Shown piece after piece: positions 62,321-64,000 of a stretch of DNA of 64,000 bases. Source of the stretch: Tricharina praecox (lineage: Eukaryota); contig NW_026250412.1 of assembly GCF_024521635.1 (NCBI RefSeq), positions 620,001 to 684,000 of the forward strand, read 5' to 3'. The stretch's first letter is position 1. The number at the start of each line of letters is the position of its first letter. A program made the translations under genes and the position numbers. The notes beneath the pieces are model-generated. The model was not told the DNA's origin. It did no database searches and saw only the letters and a program-made list of their open reading frames with translations.

Positions 62321-64000
62321 TCTACTCCCACTCGTAACAGCACACTACGTTGCTAGACTACTTGCGTATCATGCTTAGCACTTAGATGTCATAGGTTCTC
62401 CGACTCTGTGATTATTGGCAAGCAGACATTCGTCAATATCGAGTTCACCGTTTTTTTTTGTGTCCTGCATTCTTGCAAACCCGATACTGTATATTTTTAA
62501 ACAAAGGCATTAATTACATTAGCAATTACACCCCAGGTTACATATGGAATTATAACTCCAATTGATCAGCCAGCCCAAAGCATGTAGTCAGATTGAACTC
62601 TTCTCCGTGATTTTCTATTGGTGATTCTCTTTTCAAGTTCTGGTAACATTCCTTAATGCGAGTGGGGCGACGAGCTTTCCCGATGATGCGAATCTAGCCC
62701 ACGTTTGGCCCATTGGGGGCTCAACCTTGAGCTGAACAATCATTTTAAAGGCCGGAAATACTTCGCCATATTTCCGCTATGTACCGCGGGCTCTATGCAA
62801 TGCTCATAAGTTGGCCTTTCCTATGAGTGGTCACAGCTCCCTCGACGTCGTATATTTTGGTCTTGAATTTGATTAATATTTTTTGAACCGCCACAACTAG
62901 GGCAATACTAAACTGCCTTTGATGACCGGAGGCTGTTCGAAGAGCTCCAAAAAGCTAATGTTTTGGCGGCCATGAGAAATGTCCTTAAAGTTTTGACATT
63001 CTCAGGAAGATCATTTTCCGCAGCTTGACGGCATTTCCTTCCCCGGCCTCGTTACTCCAGCATGGGAACGCCTAAAATTGACGCCGGAATCATCTTGTTT
63101 TTTTCCCACCGAGACATCAACTTTAATCCGTTCAAACCTTGGTTTCAGCCATGTGGTTGCCGAGTTGTGGACGCACTTATGTACGTTCAGAATCGGCCGG
63201 AAAAGCCCAGATGAGCGTTTCTATGGTACAATGCTTGAGATAGGTACTTACCGAAGTACTGATTTACTGGGCCACCAACTCATTTGTGTCAGATGGTATC
63301 CTCGTGTGTCGGGGCAATAGTAGAGCAACAGACGAGTTCTACATACCTATGGCTTCTATATACGGCTTTCGTTTGTTTCGGTTACCACCTAGTATTCATT
63401 TGAAGGGTCGCTGGCGAGCTGGCGCCGTAAGCTGGTATATTTATTCGGAGCAAATTTTGTAAATCCAACCCAGACCCACGAAAAATGTACAGTATCCAAT
63501 TATACACGTAAGTTAGGTATAGAAAACTGATTCACAACTTCGTGGGGGGGTGTATGCATTCGCTGGAAGTGGTCAGTGTGGGAACCGGGCCCAGTACATT
63601 CTACCAGTGCTTTCGGCTCTGCCGGACTCGTTGCTTTCGGCCTTCAGAGATATTCGCTCTTGGTTACTTTTGTCCGTCATTGCGTCTATTTCCAGCTGGC
63701 TATAGAATGGATGGGGCAAGTGTCGATACGATGATCTTCGGTGGACCGAGTGCCAGATGTCGACTCGGGGTGGCGGGAACTTGTAGGCTTTTGAGCCAGC
63801 CATGGTATGTATTGTACATACTTCACGGGCTTGAAAGTTGTACATACATTTTTCGAGTGATGGTGATATGATGATTCACCTTTTGCCGCTGGCTGTTTTG
63901 AACCTCGGACGAGTGAGAATTCACATCATTTAAGTATGGTACCTACACCCGCATCCAGTTGGATCGAATCGATATGTTAATTCGGCCGACCAAGTACCCG

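Noticed and set aside
62400-64000. AT-richer tail with short ORF fragments
   Set aside because: No recognisable protein or element motif; left unannotated.
1-64000. tRNA or rRNA genes
   Set aside because: Several GTTCG-like motifs were inspected but none sat in a cloverleaf context; a tRNAscan-SE or Rfam run would be decisive.

Overview
Eukaryotic, intron-containing DNA from a filamentous ascomycete (short GT-AG introns with CTRAC branch sites; a Pezizomycete origin is plausible but is inference only). Conserved housekeeping genes occupy 1-10 kb (TPT1, ERG24, an M6P-receptor-like gene, a ferric reductase) and 33-51 kb (KH-domain RNA-binding protein, dynactin p62, Arp2/3 ARPC4, NDUFAF5-like methyltransferase, SCS3/FIT, a mitochondrial P-loop ATPase, CLU1). 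Two gene-poor stretches of about 11 kb flank a GPI cell-wall protein gene; they contain an apparently spliced non-coding transcript, minisatellites and decayed ORFs. From 51.9 kb synteny-type genes give way to a fungal NLR locus. It holds a broken SesB-like hydrolase/NB-ARC/TPR gene and an intact Goodbye-like/NACHT/ankyrin gene. The 15 near-identical 102-bp ankyrin units of the intact gene vary mainly at one di-residue and a linked block of residues, and show a higher-order 408-bp duplication. All calls come from reading the sequence and recalling motifs; no searches were run, and exon boundaries are manual predictions.
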